A stretch of DNA of 64,000 nucleotides from Chrysomallon squamiferum (GCA_012295275.1 CM022667.1:14756001-14820000), one strand, 5' to 3'. Counted from the stretch's first letter, positions 25,891 to 40,593 are shown. The notes: a model not told the origin generated them from the sequence alone. Translations and numbers: made by a program.

Positions 25891-26674
25891 CATACACACA
25901 CACACATATATAGACATAGAACGATATATATTGTCATGATAATAATCTATATATCTGAGTATTTATTTATCTCTGTCTCTCTGCGTGTATATATATTACC
26001 TAAAAACATCAAGTAATTCTTTGACATAGTTATATAGTGAAGAAAAGATCGTAAGTCAGTCTGCTCGTATATCAAATCAATTTTCCCAAACGAAATTAAT
26101 TGAAATACTATTAATCCGTTCCAGCCCCCCAAAACCACTCCATTATTTTATTTTTTTTTTAAATTTCTAAATAAGAAAAATGTATATTTAGATGACAAAT
26201 ATTGTATAAAAACAAAACAAAAGAGAATGTAAAGAAATAAATTGTTTTTGTAAAGTATAAAGGGATAGGGTTTGTCCATGTTTTGATGGACAGAGTTACA
26301 GCCTTTATCGACTCTTTCTGCTTCAGTATTTCACACATCGTAAAGTACTACGCTGCTACTGCCTAGCCATGTTGACTACACGCACACCTCGCTCATATGT
26401 TTCTGTGATTTCATGCTATCATTCAATGGACATCATCCGCTTCTTCTTCTCAAAACTGTCCCTTTCCCTCACTTTCCTAGGATCCATGGCAATGTGGCAA
26501 AATACTGCATAAAACACGACCACAACACAACAGAGATGTTTCCACGGCGAGGTAACCACAGGAAGCAAACGTGTGAGACGCTGGATGCTGGCTGAATGTT
26601 GAGTTGAATCGACAGTGTGAGCGCTCGTAACTCGGAAAACTCGTAAGTTGGGGCACACGTAACTCGAGGTATCA

Positions 26675-26712
<38 letters not shown>

Positions 26713-27387
26713 TGAAATTTATGGAAGCTTCTATTCCGTCAAAAAGGAAAAAATAGAAATAAAATAAAGAACAATATATAAAATATATATATCAGTATAA
26801 TTTCACGATAAATACGTTTGAATACTGTCAGTAACACACTTTGTGAGACAATAAAACTATGATACATATGCATTCCGGTTGAGTAATAAAAATAAAATCA
26901 ATAAAAACACTTTCAGTTAAACAGAAAGCAGTGAATCACGTGAAAGCATTAATGTGAATAAAAAACTAAAACTATAATGAGATACAATGCGCATATTCAT
27001 AAATAATTGTGCCTAAATAAAACTTTTCTGACAGTATTCAAAGGTATTTGTAGTGAAATTACTGTTTGTTTCAGCTTCAGTGAATATTGAAAACATTTAG
27101 AAGTCAAGCTCAGGTATTCAGAATGTTTCATTTTCATAAACCAAGAAGGTTACATAATTATTAGTTCTATATATCCATTTTTCTCCTGTTTCTTCGTATT
27201 ATTACTAGTCGAACTGTTAGTAACACACTCTCTCTCTCTCACACACACACACATACACACACATACACATACACACACACACAAATTTTACAGTGAATAT
27301 GTATGTGTTTGTTTGTAAGTATGTGCGTTATTCTTACACGAAATTTACTATTTTATTTCTTACGTATTCATCTTTTGTTATATCATT

Positions 27388-29046
27388 ACTGGATTACTTT
27401 CTTGTATTTCCAAATATTTTTTGATATAGTATTAGATGCTAAAATAATAATGCCGTATAGATCTGACTAAAATGCTATTAAAATAACATGTAATTTTACT
27501 AATAAAGAATGCGGTAGAGGATATTGGAAATTTAACAACTCCCTATTAAAGGACCCATCTTATTGAAGTCACATTAAAAATATAATAAAAGACACTAAAA
27601 ACCAGTTTAAAATGAAGCTGTCCAATTGATAAGTAGTGCTGATTTAAATTTTAAGATGTCGGTATCATTATTTTTTGAAATATTGTTAGTACAAATAAGA
27701 GGTAAAACGATACCGTATACTACTTGGAAAAATCGTCATGAGTTAAAAGACGAAACTGACTTAGAAACAAAAATATCTACTAGTGAAAAATAAATAACTA
27801 CTAATTTTCAGAACATAGATGAAAATATTTTTGATGAACTGCAAAACGCACAACAGAAATTAGAAACTATCAGAGATAATAAAACAGAAGCTGCACATAT
27901 ACGGTCAAGACCATAGTCACTTCAATTAGGCGACAAGCCAAGTGCATATTTTTATTGTTTAGAAACTAGAAATTATGTTTCAACGGCAGTTTTAAAATTA
28001 GAGACGCCTACAGGAATAATTACTTCGACAGGAGAAATATTAAACGAGCAGAAGCGTGTTTACCAGTCATCATATAGCTTTAAAAGTGTTTCGACTAAAC
28101 ATGTTAACGACCTGATTAACACAGAAACTTAACAAAGAAACTGCAAATAAATCAGAAGGTAAAACATGTATGCAGGAGTTAGTATAGACGTTAAAAAAAA
28201 TGAAGAATAATAAAAGTCCAGGTGTAGATGGATTTACGATTGAGTTTTCCAAATTCTTGTGGACAGATTTCGGTGACTTTGTTTTAGAAAACTGTAAATG
28301 AAGGGTATTATAAGGAAGAGTTGTCTGTATCACTTAGAAGATGGGTAATTACTTGTATTCCAAAAGCAAATAAGAACAGACATCTTTTAGAAAACTGGAG
28401 ACCTACATCACTGTTAAATGTTATTTTTAAACTAGCATCCGCCTGCATAGAAGCGCGAATAAAGCCAGTTTTAAATGAAGATCAGAAGGGATTTGCAGAA
28501 AGACGCTTTACTGGGGAACATATAAAGACACTGTATGATATTTTATTCGAAAGTAAAACTAATAACATAACAGGACTAATACTTTTAATTGATTTTGAAA
28601 AAGAGTCTAATTCTATATCAATGCAGTTCATACACAAAACTTTACAATATTTATATTTCGATCCATCAATTCGTAGATGGGTTTCTACGATTTACAATAA
28701 TGCAACGGCATATATTTTACAAAACGGACATCTCTCCGAACCCTTTAACATAGAAAGAGGTTGTCGGCAAGGAGATCCCCTTTCACCATATTTATTTATT
28801 TTATGTGTAGAAATTCTTGGAATTCTTGTCCGGCCAAATCCTCTAATTAAAGGAATTGATATATGGGGTTTAGAATATAAAACTGGACACGTTGCTGATG
28901 ACTCTCAATTGTATTTAGATGGATCTCCTTCCTCTCTTAGAAATGCAATACATACTTTAATAATTTTTAGAGACATATCGGGCCTGAAAATAAATTTAGG
29001 AAAAACAAAAACTATTGGCTTAGGTCCCATTTGTTTAGGTCCCATA
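27388..29046 (+). mobile_element. Decayed L1/Tx1-clade LINE ORF2 fragment
   Basis: GYWKFNNSLL, NWRPTSLLN, GCRQGDPLSPYLF and VADD motifs; stops upstream of the RT. Confidence 0.9.
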
Positions 29047-29514
29047 TGGCAGATAAAGCACTAAATGTAACAGTGCAAACAATAATTCAGTTGTTATTGT
29101 TAATATCAAGTCTTCAGTTAAACTACTACCATTTAACTCTCCCCGGAAATTCTGAAACTGTTTTTCAGTAGCCGAGAAATTGGTGTCTTACATCTATGTA
29201 CTCACGTACACACACACAACCACAACCACACACACACACATATATGCAAGTATGTATGTATCTATATATAAATAACCTAAACACTTACACCCTGTCAGGA
29301 ATATAAATCTTTTTAAATGTTTAGATTTAGATTCTACTATCAGGCTATCCCATTAAATTTTAAAATTTGAACCTGTAGTATTCTAGTATGTATATGTGTG
29401 TGTGCGCCTGTGCGTACGTGCCTGTATGGTTGGTTCATAGTCGACTTATGTATTCCTTTCATCCTTTTATTTTCCTTTTTCTCGCATTATTTCAGGTTTA
29501 AACAAAACACAAAT

Positions 29515-29820
29515 ATGGCTTCTTTGACTGTTATGTCTCTGCTACTAGGCGTGGTCGTTCTGACCATGTTGCCAGCCATTCATCAAGTCGAGGCTAACAT
29601 CACTACCGAGTGCTGGGAGAGGTGGAGCAGTTGTAACCTCTGGAGTTCCGCCGCAACCGGATCTCTGTCGCTGACATGCGCACAACGATGTCAATGTAAA
29701 GGACGCGCTGGTGGAAGTTGCGTTCTTGCACATTCAAAATGTCCGCTGGCTACCGAAGCTTACCTGTGTGAGTGTTACGGACAGAGAAGTGGACCAAAAC
29801 CTTCCTGGTGCAAGTTTTAA
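29515..29820 (+). CDS. Macin copy 7 (type B)
   Basis: ATG at 29515 after a TTTCAG acceptor; signal peptide, 10 Cys, GRAGGSCVLAHSKCPLATEAYLCEC. Confidence 0.9.
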   Translation: MASLTVMSLLLGVVVLTMLPAIHQVEANITTECWERWSSCNLWSSAATGSLSLTCAQRCQCKGRAGGSCVLAHSKCPLATEAYLCECYGQRSGPKPSWCKF

Positions 29821-30746
29821 GAGACAGTGAAAATTTGATATCAGAATAAAAGAAGCAGTGAAAATTATTCTTTTTATCAAGTACAAGCTAATAAATCAAC
29901 TTAACAAATGAAAAGAAAGAATGTTGGTTTTTGTACAGCACTCCTGTTTTATTTTGCTAAATATTTTTAATTATTGTCTATTAGGAACAGGTGATTTTAT
30001 TATTTCACGTTTTATTATTCCTTTTTTAAAATAGGGCGATGACAAGATTTCTTATAATGTAAGAAATACTTATATTTATATAATTATACGATATAATTAG
30101 ATGTAATTTCTGTGGTATAAAGTCTATACTATAAGCAGTAACCATGAAAAGTATTTGAAATGGGGCAGTGAAAAAATTAAAGATTAGAATCCTATGACGT
30201 ATTTCTTGTGTCTGGATACATATTTCTTATAAACGTTTGTCAATATAAAGTCTTCTACCAGCTGGACATTGTCTCGACATTTGTCCCAATTCAGGACTGG
30301 GAAGGTGCCAATTCTCAGTCATACTTGGCCATTTTCCATGTCAGTGGTCCGTCTATGAACTAAAAATGTTTTTGTTTGGTTTTATATATGCTACCATTTC
30401 GTCTCTGAATGTCCGTTAAACTGATTGTCAACAGCATGTAAAATACAAGTTAGGTTATTACCACACTCAACGTTGTTTTATAGGAAAATGAAAATATTCT
30501 TAAACTGCTGTTAAATGTATCAACTGCCAACATCAGGTGATTCTATGACACAATTACAAAATATTATACTGAAGACAACATTTCATGTTTACGTTCTCGT
30601 TTTTATTTTTATTTTTGAATAAGTTTCTGTGTGTGTGTGAGTGTGTGTGTATGTGTGTGGTTTTGTATAATTTAATAATTCTGTTCATGAAATACCAAGA
30701 GAACAGTAATATTAAACCGTAAGACTATTATTTTGACATTATTACA

Positions 30747-30808
<62 letters not shown>

Positions 30809-30857
30809 GCATCGTTTATTCTAGAGTAATAGTACAGCCAGACACAATTTTCTCTCT

Positions 30858-30891
<34 letters not shown>

Positions 30892-30929
30892 CTGTGTGTG
30901 CGTGTGTGTGTGTGAAACAGTTATGAATA

Positions 30930-31310
30930 TCCTTTTTATTTCTTTATCCTTTACTTTTCTAACGAAATACAAGCTTTCATACTTTTCAATGAATGCAAAT
31001 ACATTCTTAGAAAAGTAACAAGTTCTTTATAAAAAATTCAGATTGAAATTTTATCAAACCTCCTATGACAAACTATCAGAAAATTAGATTTTTTTGGATA
31101 AAATCAACATTTTGCTCTAATCTTTCTATATTTGTCTTCAAACTGTGCCTTGGACAATTCAAACTCCTTGCAGATAGATACAGATAACACAGACTACTCT
31201 AAATGTTACATGAATGTTTCACACTGAATGTGTCACAGATCATCTGACTGGAGTTACAGTATCCTTCTTTATCTTTTACTAACTGATTTCTCTAATAGAT
31301 CTAGCAATCT
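30930..31310 (-). pseudogene. Duplicated fragment of the CENP-N 3' end and 3'UTR
   Basis: 31240-31266 is identical to 49133-49159; same block as 12320-12700. Confidence 0.85.
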
Positions 31311-32130
31311 TTTTACTTCCTCTGTAGTTAACATTTTCCTGAAAACTAAACATATATGTATGGATGGATGTATATCTATATATTAAATGTTACTATATTA
31401 GTATAGACAAGAGGGTTACTTCACAAAATTCTCTGAAAATACTTTTCACCTCCAGATCAAAGCAGAAACTATATAATCATCAGAAAGAAAATATCGATGC
31501 TTTGTGGAGTTTTTATCCTTAATGTTTGCTTTGTTTTATTATGCATGTGAAATTAAGTACGTTTGAATACTGTCAGTAACACACTTTGTGAGACACTAAA
31601 ACTATGATACATATGCATTCCGGTTGAGTAATAAAAATAAAATCAATAAAAACACTTTCAGTTAAACAGAAAGCAGTGAATCATGTGAAAGCATTAATGT
31701 GAATAAAAAACTTTAACTATAATGAGATACAATGCGCATATTCATAAATAATTGTGCCTAAATAAAACTTTTCTGACAGTATTCAAAGGTATTTGTAGTG
31801 AAATTACTGTTTGTTTCAGCTTCAGTGAATATTGAAAACATTTAGAAGTCAAGCTCAGGTATTCAGAATGTTTCATTTTCATAAACCAAGAAGGTTACAT
31901 AATTATTAGTTCTCTATATCCATTTTTCTCCTGTTTCTTCGTATTATTACTAGTCGAACTGTTAGTAAGACACACTCTCTCTCTCACACACACACACATA
32001 CACACACATACACATACACACACACAAATTTTACAGTGAATATGTATGTGTTTGTTTATAAGTATGTGCGTTATTCTTACCCGAAATTTACTATTTTATT
32101 TCTTACGTATTCATCTTTTGTTATATCATT

Positions 32131-33785
32131 ACTGGATTACTTTCTTGTATTTCCAAATATTTTTTGATAAAATATTAGATGCTAAAATAGTAATGCCGTA
32201 TAGATCTGACCATAATGCGATTAATATAACATGTAATTTTGCTAATACAGAATGCGGTAGAGGATATTGGAAATTTAACAACTCCCTATTAAAGGACCCA
32301 TCTTATTGTACTCTAATTAAAAATATAATAAAAGACACTAAAAACGAATATGTTATACCAGTTAAAAATGATAAGTAGTGCTGATTTATATTTTAAGATA
32401 TCGGTATCATTATTTCTAGAAATATTGTTAGTACAAATAAGAGGTAAAACGATACCGTATACTACTTGGAAAAAACGTCAGGAGTTAAAAGACGAAACTG
32501 ACTTAGAAACAAAAATATCTACTACTGAAATAAATAAATACTAATTTTCAGAACATAGATGAAAATATTTTTGATGAACTGCAAAACGCACAACAGAAAT
32601 TAGAAACTATCACAGATAATGAAACAGAAGCTGCATATATACGGTCAAGAACGTTGTCAATTCAATTAGGTGACAAGCCAAGTGCATATTTTCATTGTTT
32701 AGAAACTAGAAATTATGTTTCAAAGACAATTTTAAACTTAGAGACGCCTACAGGAATAATTACTTCGACAGGAGAAATATTCCCAGTCATTTTACCAGTC
32801 ATTATACAGCTTTAAAAGTGTTTCGACTAAACATTTTAACGACCTGATTAACACAGATACTCCGAAACTTAATAAAGAAACTGCAAATAAATCAGAAGTT
32901 AAAACATGTATGGAGGGGTTAGTATCGACGTTAAAAAAAATGAAGAATAATAAAAGTCCAGGTGTAGATGGATTTACGATTGAGTTTTTCAAATTCTTGT
33001 GGACAGATTTCAGTGACTTTGCTTTAGAAAACTGTAAATGAAGGGTATTATAAGGAAGAGTTGTCTGTATCACTTAGAAGATGGGTAATTACTTGTATTC
33101 CAAAAGCAAATAAGAACAGACATCTTTTAGAAAACTGGAGACCTACATCACTGTTAAATGTTATTTATAAACTAGCATCCGCCTGCATAGAAGCGCGAAT
33201 AAAGCCAGTTTTAAATGAAGATCAGAAGGTCTTTGTAGAAAGACGGTTAACTGGGTAAATATAAAGACACTGTCTGATATTTTATTCGAAAGTAAGACTA
33301 ATAACATAACAGGACTAACACTTTTAATTGATTTTGAAAAAGAGTTTAATTCTACATCAATGCAATTCATACACAAAACTTTTCAATATTTTTATTTCGG
33401 TCCATCAATTCGTAGATGGGTTTCTACGTTTTACAATAATGCAACGGCATATATTTTACTAAACGGACATCTCCCGGAACCCTTTAACATAGAAACAGGT
33501 TGTCGGAAAGGAGATCCTCTTTCGCCACATTTATATATTTTATGTGTAGAAATTCTTGGAATTCTTGTTCGGCCAAATCCTCTAATTAAAAGAATTGATA
33601 TATGGGGTTTAGAATATAAAACTGGACAAGTTGCTGATGACTCTCAATTGTATTTAGATGGATCTCCTTCCTCTCTTAGAAATGCAATACATACTTTAGA
33701 TATTTTTAGAGATATATCGGGCCTGATAGTAAATATAGGAAAAACAAAAACTATTGGCTTAGGTCCCACTGGTTTAGGTCCCATA
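32131..33785 (+). mobile_element. Decayed L1/Tx1-clade LINE ORF2 fragment
   Basis: Near-identical to 13524-15180. Confidence 0.9.
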
Positions 33786-34240
33786 TGGCAGATAAAGCAC
33801 TAAATGTAACAGTGCAAACAATAATTCAGTTGTTATTGTTAATATCAAGTCTTCAGTTTAACTAATACAACTGAACTCTCCCCGGAAGTTCTGAAAGCCG
33901 AGAAATTGAAGTCTAACATCTACATACTCACACACACACACGCACACACAGAACCACAAACTCATCCACACACATATATGCATGTATGTTTGTATGTATA
34001 TATAAATAACCTATACACTTACGCTGTATAAGAAATATATATATATTTTGATTTATATTTTACTATCAGGCTACCCCATTAAATTTTAAAATTTAAACCT
34101 GTAGGATTCTAGTATGTATATGTGTGTGTGCGTGTGTGCGTACGTGCCTGTCTGCTTGGTTCATAGTCGACTTATGTATTCCTTTCATCCTTTTATTTTC
34201 CTTTCTCTCGCATTATTTCAGGTTTATACAAAACACAAAT

Positions 34241-34546
34241 ATGGCTTCTTTGACTGTTATGTCTCTGCTGCTAGGCGTGGTCGTTCTGACCATGTTGCCA
34301 GCCATTCCTCAAGTCGAGGCTAACATCACTACCGAGTGCTGGGAGAGGTGGAGCAGTTGTAACCTCTGGAGTTCCGCCGCAACCGGATCTCTGTGGCAGA
34401 CATGCGCACAACGATGTCAATGTAAAGGAAGCGCTACTGGAACTTGTCTTCTTGCACAGTTAAACTGTCCGCTGCCTAGCGAAGCCTACCAGTGTCAATG
34501 TCGCGGACAGAGAAGTGGACCAAAACCTTCCTGGTGCAAGTTTTAA
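34241..34546 (+). CDS. Macin copy 8 (type C)
   Basis: ATG at 34241 after the acceptor; protein identical to copies 5 and 6. Confidence 0.9.
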   Translation: MASLTVMSLLLGVVVLTMLPAIPQVEANITTECWERWSSCNLWSSAATGSLWQTCAQRCQCKGSATGTCLLAQLNCPLPSEAYQCQCRGQRSGPKPSWCKF

Positions 34547-36026
34547 GAGACATTGAAAATTTGATATCAGAATAAAAGAAGCAGTGAAAATCATTCTTTT
34601 TAATAAGTACAAGCTAATAAATCAACTTAACAAATGAAAACAAAGAATGTTGGTGGTTTGTACAGCGCTCTTGTTTTATTTTGCTAAATATTTTTAATTA
34701 TTGTCTATTAGGAACAGGTGATTTTATTATTTCACGTTTTATTATTCCTTTTTTAAAATAGGGCGATGACAAGATTTCTTATAATGTAAGAAATACTTAT
34801 ATTTATATAATTATACGATATAATTAGATGTAATTTCTGTGGTATAAAGTCTATACTATAAGCAGTAACCATGAAAAGTATTTGAAATGGGGCAGTGAAA
34901 AAATTAAAGATTAGAATCCTATGACGTATTTCTTGTGTCTGGATACATATTTCTTATAAAAGTTTGTCAATATAAAGTCTTCTACCAGCGGGACATTGTC
35001 TCGACATTTATCCCAGTTGAGGACTGGGAAGGTGCCAGTTCATAGTTATACTTGGCCATTTTCCATGTCAGTGGTTCGTCTATGAACTAAAAATGTTTTT
35101 GTTTGGTTTTATATATGCTACCATTTTGTCTCTGAATGTCCGTTAAATTGATTGTCAACAGCATGTAAAATACAAGTTAGGTTATTACCACACTCAACGT
35201 TGTTTTATAGGAAAATGAAAATATTCTTAAACTGCTGTTAAATATATCAACTGCCAACATCAGGTGATTCTATGACACAATTACAAAATATTATACTGAA
35301 GAAAACATTTCGTGTTTACGTTCTCGTTTTTATTTTTATTTTTGAATAAGTTTCTGTGTGTGTGTGAGTGTGTGTGTATGTGTGTGGTTTTGTACAATAA
35401 AATAATTCTGTTCATGAAATACCAAGAGAACAGTAATACTAAACCGTGACAGTATTATTTTGACATTATTACAGAACATGTATATATATATATATATATT
35501 CGAGCATCGTTTATTCTAGAGTAGTAGTAGAGCGAGACACCATTTTTTCTCTCCGTGTGTGTGTGTGTGTGTGTGCGTATTTTTACTTCCTCTGTAGTTA
35601 AAATTTTCCTCAAAACTAAACATATATGTATGGATGGATGTATATCTATATATTAAATGTTATTACTTTATTATAGACGAGAGGGGTTACTTCAGAAAAT
35701 TGATTGAAAATACTTTTCACCTCCAGATCAAAGCAGAAACTATATGGAGTCATCAGAAAGAGAATATTGATGTTTTCTCGAGTTTTTCTTGTTAATGTTT
35801 GCTTTGTTTTATTATGCATGTGAAATTAAGCAATTGCAAGAGAACTATCACTTCAGTGTAATGAAGAACTTTTTTAAAAGAAATAAAAATGTTATGACAG
35901 TATTAACTTCTGCAACATAAAAGTTCATTCTTTAGCTCTGAATTTCACGAATAGTATGAATTTCCTAATAAACCTAAAGTCTTAATCTATCTATCTATCT
36001 ATCTATCTATATATATATATATATAT

Positions 36027-36095
<69 letters not shown>

Positions 36096-36495
36096 TTTGA
36101 TTACAACTATTTATCAACATTACCATTGTATCTCATTAAATTCTTAGTTTTTTATTCACTTTAAAGCATTCACATGATTCACTGCTTTCTGTTTAAATGA
36201 CAGTGTTTTTATTAATTTTATCTTTATTACACAACAAGAATGTATATCCATCACTGTTTTAGTGTCTCACAAAGTGTGTTACTGACACTACTCAAACGTA
36301 TTTATAGTGAAATTAATGTTTATCTCAGCTTTCGTTAATATGGAAAACATTTAGATCTCAAGCACAGTTATATAGAATTTTTCATTATCATAAACAGAAA
36401 GGGTGAGATAATTATTAATTTTCTATTTCCATTTTTCTCTTCTGTTTTGTTATTATTACTAGTGGAACTGTTAGTAAAACACACACACACCAGTC

Positions 36496-39165
36496 TAGAG
36501 GATATTGGAAATTTAAGAACTCCCTATTAAAGGTCCCATTTTATTGTACTCACATTAAAAATATAATAATGAGACTAAAAACGAATATGTTCTACCATTT
36601 AGAAATGAAGCTATCCAAATGGTAAGTAGTGCTGATTTAATTTTTAAGATATCGGTATCATTATTTCTAGAAATATTGTTAGTACAAATAAGAGGTAAAA
36701 CGATACCGTATACTACTTGGAAAAAACGTCATGAGTTCAAAGACGAAACTGACTTAGAAACAAAAAATATCTACTACTGAAAAATAAATAAATACAAATT
36801 TTCAGAACATAGATGAAAATATTTTTGATGAACTGCAAAACGCACAACACAAATTAGAAACTATCAGAGATAATAAAACAGAAGCTGCATATATACGGTC
36901 AAGAACATTGTCAATTCAATTAGGTGACAAGCCACATGCATATTTTTATTGTTTAGAAACTAGAAATTATGTTTCAAAGACAATTTTAAACTTAGAGACT
37001 CCTACAGGAATAATTACTTCGACAGGAGAAATATTAAACGAGCAGAAGCGTTTTTACCAGTCATCATATAGCTTTAAAAGTGTTTCGACTAAACATGTTA
37101 ACGACCTGATTAACACAGATAACTTAATAAAGAAACTGGAAATAAATCAGAAGGTAAAACATGTATGGAGGGGTTAGTATAGACGTTAAAACAAATGAAG
37201 ATTAATAATGGTCCAGTTGTAGATGGATTTACGATTGAGTTTTCGAAATTCTTGTGGACAGATTTCGGTGACTTTGTTTTAGAAAACTGTAAATGAAGGG
37301 TATTATAAGGAAGAGTTGTCTGTATCACTTAGAAGATGGGTAATTACTTGTATTCCAAAAGCAAATAAGAACAGACATCTTTTAAAAAACTGGAGACCTA
37401 CATCACTGTTAAATGTTATTTATAAACTAGCATCCACCTGCATACCAGCTCGAATAAAGCCAATTTTAAATTGTATTATAAATGAAGATCAGAAGGGATT
37501 TGCAGAAAGACGCTTTACTGGGGGAAATATAAAGACATTGTCTAATATTTTATTCGAAAGTAAGACAAATAACGTAACAGGACTAATACTTTTAATTGAT
37601 TTTGAAAAAGAGTTTAATTCTATATCAATGCTATTCATACACAAAACTTTTCAATATTTTTTTTTCGGTCCATCAATTCGTAGATGGGTTTCTACGTTTT
37701 ACAATAATGCAACGGCATATATTTTACAAAACGGACATCTCTCGAACCCTTTAACATAGAAAGAGGTTGTTGACAAGGAGAACCCCTTTCACCATTTTTA
37801 TTAATTTTATGTGTACAAATTCTTGGAATTCTTGTTTCGTCAAATCCTCTTATTAAACGAATTGATATATATGGTTCAGAATATAAAATTGGAAAATTTG
37901 CTGATGACTCTCAGTTGTATTTAAGGTGGATCTCCTTCCTCTCTTAGAAATGCAGTACATATTTTAGGTATTTTTGGAAACATATCGGGCCTGAAAATAG
38001 ATATAGAAAAAAACAAAAGCTATTGGTTTAGGTCCCCTTGCGAATACTATAGCAGAAACGTGCAAACGGGTAAGTCTAGACTGGTGTGAAATACTTAATA
38101 AAAAACTAGACCATATTTGGACACTAAATTTGGATGAAAAGCTGGTAAAAATAGAAAAAAAACTTTAATTCGTGGCGTGGCAGGTGTAGAACTACATGTG
38201 TCAGTGTAACGGTTTTAAAAACATTAGCTATGTCAAAACTAACTCATATTTTTACCAGCCTACCAAAATCCACGTAAAGAATATATATTAAAAACAAATA
38301 AAATTATTTTCTCATTTATATGGAAAGATGGTACAGATAGAATTAAACGCTCAGTTATCAGAAACAAAATTATTCCGATGGTGGGTTAAAAATGGTTGAA
38401 ACATTAACATTCATTAAAGCTTCAAAAGTTTCGTGGTTAAGACACTTGTTTCAATCGGACAGCAAATGGAAATCGTTTTTAAATAAATATATACATAATC
38501 TACCTCTATCTAAAATGGGAGCCAATGTTGGTGAATATATAAATAAAAAGTTTAAAAATCCTTTTTGGAATGATGTATTGAATGCATGAAACTTGTGACG
38601 AAATAGTAAATGAGCCGTTATGGTACAAGACACATTTTAAAAACAGGTCATTGGTTTTTCGCAGTTGGTATAATAAAGGTATAACACATATCCGAAATTT
38701 TTAACAGAAACGGGATACATCATTCGTTTTGCAGAGTTAAAATAAAAATATAACATACGAGGAACCTTTTTAGATTACGAAATGGTAATTCTTAGTGTCC
38801 CTGAAAAGCGGAAATGCATTGTCCGACAATTACAAGGACAGATAAATCTATATAATACTTTGTGTCCAATGTATATGTTATTAAAGACACAACTTAATTA
38901 CGGTTGTGGTGAATATTATAATATACTGTCTAGAAACGTAGATCTGCCAACAGAAGAAACCCGCTGGTCTGAAATAATAAATGATGACAGCTACCCATTA
39001 CTATGGAAAAAGGTGTTTTTAACACGCAGATTATGTACTGAACAAATCGCTCTTATTGATTTTCAATATGAAATTCTTAACAGAATATAGCGATCAATAG
39101 CTTTCTTCGTAGATTTGGGATTCGGGACAATGCACTTTGCACAGTCTGTAAAGATAACAAAAAAA
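36496..39165 (+). mobile_element. Longest copy of the decayed L1/Tx1-clade LINE (RT plus C-terminal ORF2)
   Basis: RT motifs (KFADD at ~37893) continue past the point where the other copies stop, into GGLKMV..FIKASKVSWLR, NPFWNDVL, FQYEILNRI and a C-x2-C (LCTVC) zinc-knuckle start near 39135-39150. Many frameshifts. Confidence 0.88.
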
Positions 39166-40038
39166 ATTATACAAATTTAACTTGCTAAGAATTGTCTACA
39201 TAAACAATATCTTTCTTCTTGTTGTTGTTCTTCTTCTTCTTATTATTATTATTATTTTTTATTATTGTTTTATTTATTTATTTTTTTTTTTTTTTTTTTT
39301 TTTTGACCTGAAAGTGAAATATTATGCCACATATTTACCAAATTAAACAGAATAAACAAAACATCGAGGTTTTCAGACATCGGCAGAAATGGTAATCACA
39401 ACGTCCGCGTCATTCGCTGACAAAACACCACACATTTCGGTATCCAAAATTAAGTAGCTGCTATTTTGGCCGGTTATCAGAGAAATGCATAGTTTGTAAT
39501 TTGTATATGATTTAACGTGCAGAATAAGCTTTTCTGGAATATTGGACACATTGCAGGACCATAACCGTGTTAAGAAAAGTAAATAAATTTCTCCTTTTGT
39601 TCAAACCACGACAGGCCGCTGAACGGTCGTAAGAGTCACGTGAATTTCTGAAAGTTTTTTTGTTTGTGTATTTATTTATTTATTTATTTGCTGATTATTA
39701 CTGTTTTTCAGAAGACGAATTCGTATCTTAAATTTGCATAAAGTGATTTAATATATATGTATACACATACATATATACATACATACATACACATATACAT
39801 ACATACATACATACATACATACATACATACATACATACATACATACATACAAACAAACAAACATACATACATACATACATACATACATCAGTAGACTCCA
39901 AATGTATTTGAAGCATAAATACATTTTATGTTTAGGTTTCAGTTTTATTTCCTAACATTTGAAAATCTGAAACACATTTGCATAACAGATCATCAGCCTG
40001 TAGAACTGAATTAAATGGGTTGATCAGTGTGTGTGTGT

Positions 40039-40093
<55 letters not shown>

Positions 40094-40221
40094 TGTGTGT
40101 GTGTGCGTGGATGCGTGCGCGTTTGTGTGTGCATGCTTATTTCTGCTTTGCTGATATTTGACTCCAGTATTCCTTTAACCATTTTTTTCCTCATATTTTT
40201 CAGTTCTCTTCATTGATAAAG

Positions 40222-40593
40222 ATGGCCTCGTTGATCATCATGTCTTTATTGCTAGGCGTGGTCATTCTGACCATGTTGCCAGCTATTCCTCAAGCTTTTG
40301 ATGACTGCTGGCAGAAGTTTAACAAATGTCTCAGCTTTCGGAAGAAGAAATGGGTGTCATGTACAGAAAAATGTCAATGCGAAGGTTACACTGGCGGATC
40401 CTGTCACATCTCAAAACCCCGATGTAAGGGTTATGTCTACGCCTACACGTGTCACTGTTTTGGCAAGCTCAATGGACCAAAACCTGAAACCTGTGAATAT
40501 ACTTCTCACGTTTTAATATGGTTTAGACCAGTTCATTCTTTAGCAGTGAATTTCAGGAATAATACGAATTTCATAATAAACCTAAAGTTTTAA
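40222..40593 (+). CDS. Divergent macin copy 9 (type D) with a repeat-derived C-terminal extension
   Basis: Acceptor TTTCAG| at 40203 and the same signal-peptide family. Mature peptide FDDCWQKFNKC...KPETC has 10 Cys in macin order. After ~40496 the native end and 3'UTR are replaced by spacer repeat (cf. 35922-35985). Confidence 0.8.
   Translation: MASLIIMSLLLGVVILTMLPAIPQAFDDCWQKFNKCLSFRKKKWVSCTEKCQCEGYTGGSCHISKPRCKGYVYAYTCHCFGKLNGPKPETCEYTSHVLIWFRPVHSLAVNFRNNTNFIINLKF

Larger units (their letters stand above)
24387..35400 (+). repeat. Higher-order tandem unit 3 (~11 kb)
   Basis: Colinear with unit 1, containing macin B (29515) and macin C (34241). Right boundary approximate. Confidence 0.85.
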
